A stretch of DNA of 64,000 nucleotides, from assembly GCF_006345805.1 (NCBI RefSeq), contig NC_043009.1, forward strand, positions 620,001 through 684,000, given 5' to 3'. Shown here piece by piece: positions 63,076 to 64,000 of the stretch. Numbering within the stretch: position 1 is the stretch's first letter; each line of letters starts with the position of its first letter. The position numbers and the translations under genes are program-made. Source of the DNA: Octopus sinensis. Its lineage: Eukaryota. A model generated the notes under the pieces. That model had not been told where the DNA came from. It saw only the letters and a list, made by a program, of their open reading frames with translations, and made no database searches.

Positions 63076-63533
63076 ATATGCTATGATCTTGAATATGTGA
63101 GAAGACGATAAAGATGACATCGGCGGGTATCGAACTCAGAACACAGTACATAGAACTCAATACTATAAATCATTTCGCCTAGTGCTCTTCTACTCCAAAT
63201 GAAATGAAATATTAAAGTCCAACAGAAAATGATTTAGTGTTTGAGACGGTTCACACATTTCACTTCCGGTCAGAAGCTTCTTGATATTCCGATAGAAAAA
63301 CTTAGGATCTCAAAGTGTAACCTGTTGCTGATTTAGTTCCAGGAGAAACTGATTCAGTAGACTCGTGACCAAAAATGCTTTATCTATGACCACCCTGCCA
63401 TTTTCCCTATACACAAAATATTCAGTATGAAGTTATTTGAGGGAGATTTTGGCTACTATTCTTTTTGTCGGTTTAATATAATCATGTAGAGGGTGATGTG
63501 AGAGGAGAATTGACACTATTATTAGAAATACGT

Positions 63534-63835
63534 GGAGGCACATGGCCTAGTGGTTAGAGCAGCGAACTCGCGGTCGAGGGATCGTGGGTTTGAATCTCAG
63601 ACCGGCGATTGTGTGTTTATGAGCGAAACACCTAAGCTCCACGCGGCTCCGACAGAAGGTAATGGCGAACTTCTGCTGACTCTTTCACCACAACTTTCTC
63701 TCACTCTTTCCTCCTGCATCTTGCAGCCCACCTACGACGGACCGGCGTCCCGTCTAGGTGGGGAACCTATATGCCAAGGAAACCGGGAAACCGGCCCTTA
63801 TGAGCCAGGCATGGCTCGAAAAGGAACAAACTAAA
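63534..63835 (+). mobile_element. SINE family C
   Basis: tRNA-like head tggcctagtggttagagc..gtttgaatctc, body and tail as 35641. Confidence 0.85.
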
Positions 63836-64000
63836 ACAAACATTATTAGAAATACAGCAAAATAACCCCCCACCAAAATCATTAATATATAGATTATTGT
63901 ATAGTTATTTATTACAAAGTACAAAAGCGGACCAATTAACCGATAAACTAGGCACCGGCACTTGGGACCGGCAGTATCTCGGATTTCTGAATTTCCGGTT

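Overview
Gene-poor, repeat-dominated animal DNA. It is most consistent with an Octopus-like cephalopod, inferred from SINE families, microsatellite density and TE content, and not verified. No host protein-coding gene can be firmly supported (one candidate 80-nt exon at 43028-43107), and most ORFs in the track are microsatellite artefacts. The main structure is a ~10.5-kb minus-strand tandem array of a Naiad-type Penelope-like retroelement (PLE) at 3597-14066. It comprises an inverted pseudo-LTR with a hammerhead ribozyme (HHR), a nearly intact ~840-codon RT + Zn-linker + GIY-YIG frame with an in-frame poly-Asn insert, a ~2-kb repetitive 3' UTR, a microhomology-joined scrambled segment, a second 5'-truncated copy and three short terminal repeats. 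The whole array sits in the internal (TA)n of one split SINE. Elsewhere there are at least eight more PLE relics (Naiad- and Neptune-type, several reduced to inverted pLTR hairpins carrying HHRs) and seven recognisable HHR motifs plus a degenerate one. The window also holds R4/Dong, Tx1/L1, CR1-like and RTE LINE fragments, two mariners, a maT element, hAT and piggyBac MITEs, Helitron derivatives and about 25 tRNA-derived SINE pieces. All protein and family assignments were made by eye from motifs. Many single-base indels look like long-read homopolymer errors.
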